DNA of 64,000 nt, taken from NCBI RefSeq assembly GCF_006345805.1, contig NC_043013.1, positions 22,134,001-22,198,000 of the forward strand, in the 5' to 3' direction. This stretch comes from Octopus sinensis. Its lineage: Eukaryota. The notes beneath the pieces are model-generated. The model saw nothing but the letters and a program-made list of their open reading frames with translations. It ran no database searches and had not been told where the DNA came from. Position 1 is the stretch's first letter; the number at the start of each line of letters is the position of its first letter. The translations under genes and the position numbers were made by a program. Below are positions 13,824 to 27,360 of the stretch, piece by piece.

Positions 13824-13902
13824 ATAATATATATATATATAGGAAAATAGAACACAAAAGAAAATTAGAACTCAAAACATGAGTGTGTGTGTGTGTATGT
13901 TG

Positions 13903-14335
13903 TCGTCATCATCATCATCATCATCATTTAGTGTCTGTTTTCCATGCTGGCATGGATTGGATGGTTTGACTGAGGTCTGGCGAGCCAGAAAGTTGCACCA
14001 GGCTCCAATCTGATCTGGCAAAGTTTCTACAGCTCGATGCCCTTCCTAATGCTAACCACTCCGAGAGTGTAGTGGGTGCTTTTTACATGTCACTGGCATG
14101 GGGGCCACTCAGAGGGTACTGGCATCAATCACGTTCGGATTGTGCTTTTTATGTGCCACCAGCACGGGGGCCACTCAGAAGGTACTGGCTTCAGCCGTGC
14201 TCAGGTAGTGCTTTTTACATGCCACCAGCTCGTGAGCCAGTCAGCGGGTACTGGCATCGGTCATGTTTGGATGGTGCTTATTATGTGCCACTAGCATAGG
14301 AGCCAGTCAGGGGTACTGGCATTGACCATGTTTGG
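13903..14335 (-). mobile_element. Family 2 element with internal ~62-bp tandem units
   Basis: (CAT)n tail at left, conserved body, then about 4 units of GTGCTTTTTAYRTGCCAC..GCA.....GCCA.TCAG...TACTGGC. Confidence 0.8.
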
Positions 14336-14381
14336 AAGAAGTTTTCAAAATGCCTCAAGGATCCAAAGTTGTGCATTATAT

Positions 14382-14783
14382 ATACTCTTTACTCTTTTAC
14401 TTGTTTCAGTCATTTGACTGCGGCCATGCTGGAGCACCGCCTTTAGTCGAGCAAATTGACCCCAGGACTTATTCCTTGTAAGCCTAGTACTTATTCTATC
14501 GGTCTCTTTTACCGAACCGCTAAGTGACGGGGACATAAACACACCAGCATCGGTTGTCAAGCAATGCTGGGGGGACAAACACAGACACACAAGCATATAC
14601 ACACACACTTATATATATACATATATACGATGGGCTTCTTTCAGTTTCCGTCTACCAAATCCACTCACAAGGCATTGGTCGGCCCGGGGCTATAGCAGAA
14701 GACACTTGCCCAAGATGCCACGCAGTGGGACTGAACCCGGAACCATGTGGTTGGTAAGCAAGCTACTTACCACACAGCCACTC
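14382..14783 (-). mobile_element. Family 1 SINE, near-complete young copy
   Basis: Retains many CpGs; highly similar, in inverted orientation, to 18153-18570. Confidence 0.9.
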
Positions 14784-14796
14784 ATATATATATATA

Positions 14797-14849
<53 letters not shown>

Positions 14850-15724
14850 TTGTATTGTTTGTAGAAAACATAAATCCAGGGAAGAAGCACACTCTAAGAT
14901 GTAGAGCAGTTAGTATTATAATAGGGGTGGCTGGTTTATGTGATTGCTCTGGGTTTCTCATTCATAAGGGGTTTGACCTTATGGCATATCATCAGATCCC
15001 AAAATCTGTTGGCCTAAGACCTTTTTAAAATATGGGTGGGGAGAATGGGGATCTGACGATAATCAGTAAGGCCAAACTCCTTATGGCCAGGAAACCGAGG
15101 GTAATCCCATAAACTGGCCTTCTCCATTAAAAAATATATATATATAGAGAGAGAGAGAGATATAGATATAGATAGATAGAGAGAGAGAGATATAGATATA
15201 GATAGATAGAGAGAGAGAGAGGGAGGGGTGTTGGTGTGAGAGAAGTGAAGATGATGATGAATAGTGTTGTATTTCAGATACTTTTCATCTGTTGATAATG
15301 ATATTAGGAAAGGATATTCAACATGGAAATAAATCCATAATTATGCAAAAATAATGCCAAAAATGGGTTTAACTATGATAAGAAATTTTTCACTCTAACC
15401 ATTGAGTACTGGTAACGCATACTACTACTACTACTACTACTACTGCTACTAGTGTTGCTGCTGTTGTTGTGATGATGGTGGTGGTGGTGGTGGTTTTTAC
15501 TATACTCAATACTGGTGTAAATTATATTATCAGTTTCATTGCAGATTTATTTATTTATTTATTTATCTGTTTATGCAACATAAAACTATAAAAATATAAA
15601 CCAACTTAACTCAGAACAACAACAACAACCGAAAACTATTACAACAACAACGTCATCGACTATGATGAGACTTTATCTCAAAGTTTATTTACAAGGTTTC
15701 CCTGTTTTGTTATTCATTGTTATC

Positions 15725-15838
15725 TCACCACCACCACCACCACCATCACCACCACCACCATCATCACCACCACCACCATCATCACCACCACCACCATCAT
15801 CACCACCACCATCATCACCACCACCACCATCATCACCC
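15725..15838. repeat. (CAC/CAT)n triplet microsatellite
   Basis: Direct reading; gives the poly-His and poly-Pro ORFs. Confidence 0.95.
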
Positions 15839-16942
15839 CCTTCCTTTCTTCTCCCTCCCCGTTTCTGTTTATAGATTTTTCTCCATTATTTACTTTGCCA
15901 TTCATCCATCCATCCATCTCCCCCAAACCACTCGCCACCACCACCACCTACCCACCCCACCCACCCTCGCCTCACTTCTCTCCTGATAATGTCTTCCTTC
16001 CACACAAAAAAAGAGTTCCACTGATTCTGTTTAGTCAAACCTGGAGACAGAAGTTTCTCATTTGTTTGTAAAATCCCAACAAATCTGGAAAAGATGGAAG
16101 TGTTAAAGAGAGAGTTTGACATTTTGACATTTTCTTGTCGGAAACCTTGTAAACTGGATGTGTGTCAGGGTGGGGGTGGGAAGGGGGTGTTTCGGGATAA
16201 TTAATGCAGCAATCTAAAGGGGGTGGGTTATTTATTTTTGCTGGTTGGTCGGTTGGTTGGTTAGTTGTTTATTGAGCTGATTATATTGGAGCAGGAAAGA
16301 GTTGTGAGGTTTCTCTTTTGTTTTTGTTAGTATCTACTTTTATAGAGAGAGAAAAACAAGTTGTTGTTGTTGTTGTTGTTTCACTTTAGCCCCAGGTTTG
16401 CCCTGATTTGACTGGCTTATGATGAAAGGTGTTCTAGCTGTGACTTTCCTGTGTATTTAGAGCTACACTAACCAATGCAATCTTCTTTTTTCGAAGATGG
16501 TAGAGTGTGATTTAAAAGAGACTTCACTGCTCTTTCTAGCTGCTCAAGCAACCTTAGGGAGCAGCTGTTCTCTATCATTTCGACTTTGTTGACACTCTGA
16601 AGATCAAACACAATGTTGCTAGACTACTTTGGTAGTAAAAAATTACTCACACATTTTGTCCTGGAAATTGAAAATAATTGACTCATTTCACATGGAAAAT
16701 TTTTCTAAATATTCGTTTTTAAGTTTAAAATTTAGAAAAAATTATATGGGAAATTAATGCTTACCAAGTTGTGCATTACGAAGCTATGAACAAAATGTGT
16801 TTCCTGATGTTCAACTATTAACATGGATTTTCTAAAGTTTTAAATTACATTGCTAAAAGTTCAAGTTGCACCTAGATACTCATTGTGGCTCATTGTTTGA
16901 GATGGAGGGTCTTCTAGTAATCTCATCAGATGACATTGTTAA

Positions 16943-17163
16943 CCCTTTCGTTACTGTATTTCTGTTGAGATGCTCTGTGTTTCTTTCAATTACTTTAAAT
17001 ATAACAAAGAATTTAGTAAAATAACTTAGTTATCATTCAGCTAGTGTTGGAAACATAAATTGTGACTAAGGTTTGGTGGAAGATTTTAATTCAAAACTTA
17101 TGAAAGCAAGACATTTATATTACAGAATCAGAGCTGGTTTCAACCAGGTTGATAAGGAAAGGG
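16943..17163. mobile_element. piggyBac-type MITE
   Basis: TTAA|CCCTTTCGTTAC ... GATAAGGAAAGGG|TTAA: TTAA TSD and CCC-starting TIRs. Confidence 0.8.
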
Positions 17164-17560
17164 TTAATCAGCTACTGAACTCAGGGGAATCTGAGCTCAG
17201 GATGTGAAGATGGGTTATTAGCAATTCTGCCAGCTTGCTGCCGTAGAGTCAGAACGAATATTGTAAGGCATTTTGTTTAACACTCTGTCAGCTCCGCTAA
17301 TCCACTGGCATTGTGAGACGGGTTTGGTTAGCACCATTTAGTCCACAAGAGAGATTGGTCAGTTCGTTGACCTTGAGAAGCATAGAATCAAACGGTTTCA
17401 GTTCTTTAGCATTGATGGAAGAGAATGAGGGAAAGAGTGGAAAGTTCTGGAAGGTTTTGTTAGCCATAAAAAATCCCTCTGCTTGACAACACAAATGTTT
17501 GAAAATGTTTGAAGTCCTTCCTATACTTCATATGTTGTTGGCTTTGGCAATCTGGATGCA

Positions 17561-17601
<41 letters not shown>

Positions 17602-18072
17602 TCTCCCTCTCTCTCTCTTTATCTCTCTCTCTCTCATATATATAAAGACATGTACATAAATACAAAGGGATAAATAAACTTGCAAACGCATATAAACCTC
17701 TATATTAACTCACACTTGTACAGGAACTCATATGTATATATATACACAATATGACATCAGCACACGAATGTATAAACAGTTGCTCTATTACACATATACA
17801 CAACTACATAAACACACACTTGATTGTACACATACTCACACACACTTGAATGCAAACGTAGAGGCTTGTACACTTGCACACACACTTCTACAGAAATGTA
17901 TGTACAAGCATGTTCATAACCATACATAATCTATACATATGTATGTATATATGTGTACACATGGATAAGTAAATCAAGTTTGCCTAAGCATATAGAAACA
18001 TGCTACCACACATAAATATACACTTACACACAAACATATGCGTAAGCTTATATATATATACATCATCCATCC

Positions 18073-18148
<76 letters not shown>

Positions 18149-18152
18149 TGGA

Positions 18153-18570
18153 GTACAAGTGGCTGTGTGGTAAGTAGCTTGCTTACCAACCACATGGTTC
18201 CAGGTTCAGTCCCACTGCATGGCACCTTGGGCAAGTGTCTTCTACTTTAGCCTTGGGCTGACCAAAGCCTTGTGAGTGGATTTGGTAGACGGAAACTGAA
18301 AAAAGCCCGTCGTATATATGTATATATATATATGTATGTGTGTGTATATGTTTGTGTGTCTGTGTTTGTCCCCCCCCCCCAACATCGCTTGACAACCGAT
18401 GGTGGTGTGTTTACGTCCCTGTAACTTAGTGGTTCAGCAAAAGAGACCGATAGAATAAGTACTAGGCTTACAAAGAATAAGTCCTGGGGTCGATTTGCTC
18501 GACTAAAGGCAGTGCTCCAGCATGGCCACAGTCAAATGACTGAAACAAGTAATAGAGTAAAGAGTAAAAG
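18153..18570 (+). mobile_element. Family 1 SINE, near-complete copy
   Basis: A-box-like TGGCTGTGTGG, B-box-like GGTTCAGTCC, CORE-like CCTTGGGCAAGTG, internal microsatellite, GAGTAAAA-type tail. Confidence 0.9.
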
Positions 18571-20509
18571 AATATATATATATTTATATATACACACTCA
18601 TGCATACACACACACACGCACACATATATATATATAAACCTGTGAAATTCAAGAGCAAGTGGCTGAGTACTCCACGGATACATGTACCCCTAAAGTAGTT
18701 CTCAGGGATATTCAGTGTGATACAGAATGTGACAAGGTTGGTCCCCTCTGAATTACTGGTACAACTCATGCCACCTGAGTTGACTGAAGCAACTGGAAAT
18801 GAACTGTCTTGCTCAAGGGACTCAATGTAAAGCTAGGAATCGAACTCCTGACCTTGTGGTAGTGAGCCGAGTACCCTAACCACTTCGCCACCCCTCTCCA
18901 CTCCATGACCAATACCTACATTATTGGATCTACCACTATAACCAGTACCAAAACTACAAACGTCACCACCACCACCGCCACCGCCATCAATGTGCAGCCA
19001 GGTTCACTATTTCGGCCTCTTTGTGATTGGTTGCCAAATACATTGGGAATCTTCAACAACTTAATTATCTGCTCCACTGGTTCCGGCACTCAGTCATAAA
19101 ATGGTACTCCATTCCTCTCTCTCTTTACTCCTTCTTTCTCTCTCCTACTCTCTCTTGCCCCTCTCTCTTTATAATACTTTAACTGTATCTCTCTCTCTCA
19201 CTCTCTCTAACCTTTTCTCTATCTCTCTATCTTTCTTTCTCTACCGATCTCTCTATCAACCTTGCTCTATTTCTCTACCTCCCCTCCCCCTCGCCTTGCA
19301 TCAACTCTTTCTCTCTTTCCTTCTCTCTCATTTACTCTCTCTTTCCTTCCCTTTCTTCCCATCTCTCTCTCTCTGTCTCTCTCTCTCTCTTCCCTTCTAA
19401 CATCTGCCTATCTTCTCCCTTACTCTCCCACAATTTTTCCCTTACCTCTTTTCTTACTCTCTCACTTCCGTCCCCCATCCCCATACTTTTCTCTTTCCTT
19501 TTTCTCTCCCTCTTGAAACCCACTGCATGCTCCTTTCCCTCCCTCCCTCCCTCTCTCCTCCCTCTCTCTCTCTCTCTGAATCCCTTGTGTACACACACAC
19601 ACGCACACACACACACACACGTGCCCTGCTTATTTTCTCTTTTTCTCTCTCCCCTACTTCATTTCTGTCTTCTCTCTTTCTTACCATCTCTCCCTTCCTC
19701 TTCTGTCTCCATTATTCTCTCTTCCTCATCTTAGTCTCAACTTCAAAACAATTTCATAAAATTCTCTTCTGCTCATTGAATCTCTCCACTGTTGTCCTGA
19801 TTTGTTTAATGATGCACACAGCATCGTTCTCTGCGCATTTGCACACTTTTTAAATATTTCTTCAATTTTGATTTGATTTCTTTTTTTCTATATTCATTTA
19901 TTTTATTTCTTTTGATTTTTTTTCTTCATAAAATTTCCATTTTTCTTCACCTGTTTTACATGATTCTTCCATGTTAACATGTCTAAGAAAGTTTCTTTTC
20001 TTTTCTTTTTTTTTTTTCATTCTTTATGCTTCACCCCTACAAAACCAGAACTTAAAAAAAAAGACAAGAATAAGGTGATTCTGTTTTTGTCATGTTTGCT
20101 TGCATGATTGAGGGTCCACTGCAGCATTTTAGAAATTATTGAAGCCAGGAAAGTCCAAAATTCTTTTCATCACTGATTACTAAGCAAAATGAAAATGTCC
20201 TCAGACCAGTGATTAGAGAATGTGGATGCATGGGTTGATTGAGTATTGAACCATCGGCTGAGAGGTTGTAGGCTCAAACTTTGTCCATAAGCACCAAGTA
20301 ATGGCAGCAGCCACTGCTCTGCATGCACGGTGAAGATAATTGACTCTCGATAGCCAAATCATCTTAACTATAAATTCTGTTGTTTAGCCCCAGGCAAGCC
20401 ATGATCATGTGGATCTACATCATCTATCTAATGTGTTTTTGTTTTTAAGACATTAGAATGTGATTTGAGGGAGATTTGGCTGCTATTTTTAACCAGTTAA
20501 GTTACCACA

Positions 20510-20700
20510 TAGAGAGACAACTGTGCTGGTATGGTCATGTGTTGCGAATGAATGAGGACAGCTGTGTGAAAAAGTGTCACACCCGAGCAGTTGAGGGAAG
20601 CTGTGGAAGAGGTAGACCCAGGAAGACCTGGGATCAGGTGGTGAAGCACGACTTTGAACATTGGGCCTCACTGAGGCAATGACTAGTGACCGAGACCTTT
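20510..20700 (+). mobile_element. RTE-clade LINE ORF C-terminal fragment
   Basis: RQLCWYGHVLRMNEDSCVKKC....VEGSCGRGRPRKTW matches the RTE W.GHV.R...GRP..TW motif. Another copy lies on the minus strand at about 37195-37610. Confidence 0.8.
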
Positions 20701-22213
20701 GCAGATATGCTGTGCGGGTGCCATTTGTGTGACACCGGTATCTGCCATGACTGTGATTTTGCTCAGCTTTATGTGTCTTCTCAAGCATAACATAATGCTA
20801 ACGGTCTCAGTCATTGCCTCCGTGAGGCCCAACGCTCAAAAGGAACCCGGCCACTTTGTCTGAGTTCCTTTCAAGTGTTGGGCCTCACACAGGCAAAGTG
20901 ACAAATAGAAAAGGCAGGAAGAAGAGACAGAGAGAAATTCAAATTTCTGTGGGAAAAAAGGCTTCCTTTTTAAGTCCAAAATTTTATTCCGGAAGCAATT
21001 TGTTTCTCATTAGCTTAACCCTACAGAAATTGGTGTTTTCCACTATCCTGTGGATTTTTGAGGATGAGAAGGTATTTGGCTAGTATCCATGACAACCAAA
21101 CTTTTTTAACCAAGCTCTTTTCTAATGTCCCTTGTTCTACACTAACATTATTCAGCTTGGTCACACAACGAAATCTTTCAAAAGATAAAAATAACAAAAT
21201 TAATGGCTGTTCATTAACTGAAAGCATCCCAGCTGTGTCAATATGATCTTTCAGTCCGTGCATTTTGGACTTTATACTTTTAAGATAGTGCAAAGTGAGT
21301 CGAGGGACATTTAGCTGCTATTTCTAGTACACTGAGCTTCTGCTTAGAATCTTCCTCATTATTCATGTCTCACAAATGATGTTCCCTCCAACAATAACCA
21401 GTTCCATGTACAAGGGAAAGATTTGCTACAGATACCAATATTGAACGGCAGCCTTACTATATTCCCTGTAGTACATGAACTGAGCTATCTCTCTGTTTTT
21501 AACTTATTTTTGTTTAATTAATTAATTAATTTTATAAATGTATTTAATCTTTAATCTTTTGTAATAGAAACAGCACTTTATTTTACATTCTATGCTATTA
21601 ACTGATATAATTTTTTTTTTTTTTCAAATCTCTATATTTGTTATTTCTCATTTTCTTTTTAATCAAGAATCTTCTAGAAGATAGTTTAGGCTAAAAACAC
21701 TGACTTTTTGTATTGATTAACTTTTAAAAGCATAATTTCTGTTTTTTGTTAACATAAAACTGTTTACTTTCCATATTTCTTTTTTCATTACTGTGTGTTT
21801 TTAATCTCATCCTTCCTTGTAATGAGTTCAAAACTTGCCAAGGCAGGTTTTACATTTCATCCTTCTTGTATCACTAAAATAATTACCTGTAATATACCAG
21901 GGTTGACTTAATACTGTTACTACTTCAACTACAACAGTTGACTTAATCTCTCTCCCAGCTAAACACCAACATCATTTGTCCCTGGATTATCATTACAGAC
22001 ATTCAGACCATTATATATGCTTTCTTGCTGTAGTGTCCCATCAGATGTGGTTCCTTCCTAACTTTCCCCCCAGACCAGTCTTAGAGATCTCAACAAAGGG
22101 TGATGAGGACTCGTTTCCTCCTCAGACCAATCCACACACACAAACAAACTAGTTCCTGGTCCCTGAATTAGCAAGCTGTGAATTCCCACCTCACATCCAA
22201 ACTTAACTTAATC

Positions 22214-22719
22214 AGAAAATTACTATTTTTAATCTCACAACGAGAAATATTCAGCAACAGTACTTTGGAGTAAAGCTTGTTTGCCAACATAACATGGCAG
22301 GATGAAATTTAGCCCCAGGAGACATCGTCTCCAGCTGGCTATACGACACGATCTGTGTTCTTATATTTTCAAATAAGAGAACCTAGCACCCCCATTAAGC
22401 TCAAAACTATACCTGTGTATTGCAATTTCTGGGTTATTTTCCTTCACCAGCACAGAATAATTGTTTGGCTAGTGGCAGTGCTGCCAAATTCCTGTTTGAA
22501 ATATATAGCTTTCAAAGTGACAACTAGTCACTGATCTATAAATTAGAAAATTACTATTTGTAAATCTCATAATGAGAGATATTTAGCAACAGTACTTTGG
22601 AGTAAAGGTTGTTTGCCAACATAACATGACAGTACTAGTTTAGGACGAATGTTGCTGTAATTTAGCCCCAGGAGACATCATCTCCAGCTGGCTATACAAC
22701 ACGGTCTGTGTCCTTATAT
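22214..22719 (-). mobile_element. Penelope-pLTR/retrozyme-like partial tandem element (~330-350 bp unit)
   Basis: Direct repeats 22214-22366 and 22545-22719 flank a hammerhead motif. Distantly homologous to 55359-55851. Confidence 0.7.
22413..22455 (-). ncRNA. Minimal type-I hammerhead motif, eroded (A6G)
   Basis: Minus strand CTGTG CTGGTGA AGG AAAATAA CCCA GAAA TTGCAA TA CACAG. Stem I CTGTG/CACAG; palindromic stem III ATTGCAAT; AUA triplet. Confidence 0.6.
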
Positions 22720-22819
22720 GAATTATATTGAATTACCTATTTCTATTCCTGTCCCCTCTTCTGTCTTTCATCCAGAAAACACTGAAGTAAATGCTTCATT
22801 CTAACCTTTTTCTCAGAAA

Positions 22820-23079
22820 CTTTGGTCTGGGAACAGGGGATGCAGGGGGTGCTAGCACACCTGCTTTTAGGGGTACAAAATCAAAATTATCACCCCTACT
22901 TACTTTTCTTGGGTTTAGAAAACAGTGTGTAAAAAGTGATCTGTCAATGTAGCTTGAAGTTAGGGTTCTTCTGAAAGAACAAAAGATAAAAATAAATTTT
23001 TAAAAAACAATAAAACCTTTGTAAAAAATTTTGAACCTAGGTTTGCACCCCTTAAACACATTTTGTTCCTGGGCCAATG
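22820..23079. mobile_element. hAT-type MITE
   Basis: Imperfect TIRs CTTTGGTCTGGGAAC / GTTCCTGGGCCAATG; 8-bp TSD CTCAGAAA (22812-22819) / CTCAGAAC (23080-23087). Confidence 0.7.
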
Positions 23080-23482
23080 CTCAGAACTACTGCTCCCTAA
23101 AGCTTTCTCTCCACAGACTTTACCAAGCAGAAATTGGAGCTGTACATCAACTTCTCCACCCTGGATGGGAATGTGTCTGCTAAAACTATGAGCACTTCCT
23201 CACCTTTCCGGACTAGAATGTTAAAAAATGAAGAAGGAATTACCATAGCATTGGGAGTGGGGGGTGTATGTGTGTGTGTTTGTGTGTGTGTATATGTGCG
23301 TGTGTGTATGTACACCAATATTTATTGTAGATAGTCAAATGAAACAGTTATCTACCTATCTCTTACTTTTAAATCCTTGTGTGAACAATAGCTTCATTAG
23401 ACATTTTGTTCTCAAAAACAGAATACAGCAGGACAGTAATCTTGGTTTCATTTCAGTTCAGTGTTCTTTAAGGATGTGTGTG

Positions 23483-23538
<56 letters not shown>

Positions 23539-23818
23539 TGTGTGTGTGTTTGTGTGTGTGTGTGTGTATATATATATGTAGAAAATTGTTTTTTCTTTGT
23601 CCAAAAGAGTAAAAATCTAAAGAAATGAAGCTGAAGGTGCACTTGGTAGTCTTTAAGATTTATTTATATGAACTGTACTCATTCCACAAATTCATGAAGT
23701 AGTTTGAGATGGATGGATGTAAAGCTATGCTGTAATCATCTCAAATCTGACCAGAGTTTGAAAGTTCATTTCTTTTTATGGAGAGATTTTCATTTAAATT
23801 GCCACCAAATTGAAGTAT

Positions 23819-24578
23819 TGCTGTGGCAGACACCCCGAAGTGAGAAGTGGACTGTTCCACTACTGATAAATAGTGGACAGACACAGTAAGCAGTGTCAGT
23901 TCATGAGGTACAGATGTTCAGGCCAGTCATGCAGACAACGAAGTTACGTTGTCATAAAGCAGGGCATATCAGTGGCAACGAGGATACCTCCCACTGTATA
24001 ATGGTGTTGATACATCAGTGACGACGAGGAGTCAAACTACATGCAGTGGCAGATAAGACACAACACAGATGGACCATGTAAGAAGACACAACAACTACAC
24101 ACAGTGAAAAATTTGAAGAAGGATTTAAATCAGATTGCTATGTGTTAGTAACACTACCGGTAAACAATGTAGACTGGTACTACCTGTGGCATTCTGAGGA
24201 GAAAAATAATCCTGTCTTGAAGAAAAAATAATTATAATAACAAGTCCGTGTGAAGGATTTAAGTCAGGTTGCTATGTGTTGGTAGTGCTACCAGTAAACA
24301 ATGTAGATTTGTACTACCTACCTGTGGCATTCTGAGGAGAAAAATAATTCTGTGTGGAAGAAAAAATAATAATTCTGTATGGGGGAGAAAAAGAAATGGA
24401 AAAAGAAAAAAAATAATGTGTGAAAGAAGAAACAAATCTCAAAGGGGTGAGGTGTTGTGGCAGACACCCCCAAGTGAGAAGTGGGCTGTTCCACTACTGA
24501 TAAATAATGAGTGAGGTATGCTGTTCGGGCCAGTCATGCAGATGACGAAGTTATGTCATCATAATGTGGGACATATCA
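23819..24578 (+). mobile_element. TRIM-like miniature LTR retroelement
   Basis: TG...CA direct repeats 23819-23971 and 24453-24578. PBS TGGCAACGAGGAT (23973-23985) right after the 5' LTR; purine tract AAAGGGGTGAGG (24441-24452) right before the 3' LTR; no coding capacity. Confidence 0.75.
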
Positions 24579-24949
24579 AATACGTAGAACAGTGAAGACT
24601 CTTTAGTTTTGTGAGTTACAAGCTGACCTCACTAGAGTTGGTGTCATGTTAAAATGCACCCTGTACAGTCTATAAAGTGGTTAGGGAATAATAAGAGGCA
24701 ATGTAGATTCGAGAGGACCCATAAACTTTGCCTTGTAGTGATGATGCCATGATAAAATACATCATTTATCCTCTGTTCCGTGCTTGGTGTAGGAAAGAGA
24801 TCTGGATGTAGGAGCCTTACCAAATTGGTACATGCAAGTGTAGCATGGTTGTCTGACCAATGTAGGAAGGTAGTAACTCTAAATAACAGCTGGCTTGGGC
24901 CGTGATGATCCTTCCAACCTATGCTGGTATGGTGCAGAGTGAACAGTAT

Positions 24950-25180
24950 GATCATACAGTATTGAAAGCACAAGTCCTGCTCGGCTGGATGTGCCACAAG
25001 GTTTGCAGACAACGGGTGGAGCCATGCAGTTGCTGAGTGGTGCCCAAAAGAGTGGAAAAGGCCACTTGGAAGGCCTCCACAATAATGGGAAGATGATTCA
25101 GTCAAGCAATTTGGGAAAAGAATGGTACAATCAAGACAGAATTGGAAGTGCATTGTGACCAGTGGTGTATAGCAACATCT
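24950..25180 (+). mobile_element. Degenerate RTE-type LINE C-terminal fragment
   Basis: AGCATRFADNGWSHAVAEWCPKEWKRPLGRPPQ*WEDD resembles WAGH..R..DNRW...EW.P...KR..GRP..RW.D. Confidence 0.65.
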
Positions 25181-27273
25181 GATGTCTGTCCAATACTGTG
25201 ATATATATATATGCCTGTTTGGTAAGAAGCTTGCTTCTCAACCACATTGTCCTGGGTTCAGTCCCACTGTGTGGCACCTTGAACAAGTGTCTTCTACTAT
25301 AGCCTCGGGCTGACCAAAACCTTGTAAGTGGATTTGGTACATGGAAACTGAAAGAAGCCTGTCATATATATTATATATAATATATGTGTGTGTGTGTATT
25401 TGTGTGTCTGTGTTGGTCCCCTCACCACCACCATCGCTTGACAACTGTTGGTGTGTTTACATCCCTGTAACTTAGCAGTCCAGCAAAAGGTACCAATAGA
25501 ATAAGTACTTGGTTTACAAAGAATAAGTCTTAGGGTTGATTTGTTCAACTGAAGGAGGTGTTCGAGCATGGCCACAGTCAAGTGACTGAAACACATAAAA
25601 GAATAGATGTGTGTGTGTATGTGTGTGTTTGTAATGTTTAAACTATTTCACGCAAATCAGTTAACATGGAAAAATACAAAGAAGAAAATGCATTTTTCCT
25701 TTCATTTTACAGTGAATTCATTTCAAAGTATATTATTACAGCCAAATAATTTCAAAATAAAATAATATGCATTGAAAAATAAATTATCACAATCAAATTA
25801 TTCCAAAAGACATTATTCTGAAATATATCCAAAAGGCATTTCTACAATTAAATCATTTCATGATGATGGATTCCAAAGTACATTCAAATAATTTCAGAAG
25901 ACCTTATTAAAACTCTCCAAGTCCATAATTACAAAAATACATCAAAATACATATAATTTCAAACCGGTTTCACTTCTTGCTGGAGATATTCATTGCAACG
26001 TATATGTGTAATGGCTTGCCTTCAACATATAATATAGTGGGAAAATTGGTCATCAGCTCTAATTTGCCCTAGGCAGTGTGCTTAAATAATATTGTGTATG
26101 AATGTGCAGCATACTTTGTGAAGGTACAACCTTTTTGTCTTTTAATAACTTAGAGGATGAAAGGCAGCACCCTTGAACCTTTTCAAGGCTTCTGTGACTG
26201 CTGAGACCATGGAAAGAAATTATCTGTCTGCAGGAAATCTGGTCTTGTAACAGAGAGGGCCAGGTATAGTATTAAACAAGGAAACGGATTAAATTCCTCA
26301 TTAAAGAATTGGAACAGTTCTGTTCTTTTGTGCTTCCATAAAGTTTCCATCTCCCAAATTTCACAAGGCTTTAGTTGACCCAAAGCCCTGATGGAACCCA
26401 TTGCTTAAAGTGCTGCGCCAAACCCATTTTGTTGTGAAACCGGCTTCTTAACCACACAACTATGGTTTGAAAGTTTAAAGAAAGTTTCCTAATAAATCGT
26501 GTTTGGTCAAGAACCAGCAGGTGCCCTGCAGTTATTTAGACCAGTGGAAATATCTTGAATTCCATTGATTGGATTGGTTTCTATACTTCAACTGTACTTT
26601 TGAAGATTTTTGAATCTCTTTGATCCATTTTCTCTCTGGTGTTATTTTCATAGCTACCTTGTATCTCTTAACAGGTTCCTCCAGTTTCAAACCCATATAC
26701 TTACATGTCTGTGGAAGTCTTGGATTGTTTCTGTCCTGGAATGACTTTTTCCATTGTTTGTTGTTGTTGTTATATTTACTGTTCTCCTTTCATCACAAAA
26801 CACTCTGAACAGTGTAAAAGCAATTGCTCAGGACATGTGCATTCATGATGATGATGATGATGATGATATCTTTAGTATCGTAATAGTCATCATTTTTGTC
26901 CTTTTGTCCTTGGCGTTTTTTTCATTTATAATGGTGATGATGATGATGATGGTAGTGTTTGGAGGTGGTGGTGGTGGTAGTAGTAATGATGACTGCCATC
27001 ATCATCGTCGTTGTCATCATCAGCATCCTGAATTCTGTTATTTCTCTTCCTCACATCCCCCACCCCTTCCTTGTAGAATGGCCAGTTTATAGGTGAAGTT
27101 ATTGATTACATATAAATCAGTGAAATTGGTAAAACCAAACCAGCATTTTCACTCCTCATTTACATATTCATTTCTGGTTCTACAGCTCCTGCTTTTTCTT
27201 TGTTCTTTCTCTTCTTCTTTCACTTCGGTTTTCCAATTCTCCTCTTGCTCTCCTACTTTGTTCTTCTCATTTT

Positions 27274-27304
<31 letters not shown>

Positions 27305-27327
27305 GCTACTACTACTACTACTACTAT

Positions 27328-27360
<33 letters not shown>

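Noticed and set aside
15662-15986. Poly-His / poly-Pro ORFs
   Set aside because: CAC/CAT triplet repeat with no splice context or homology.
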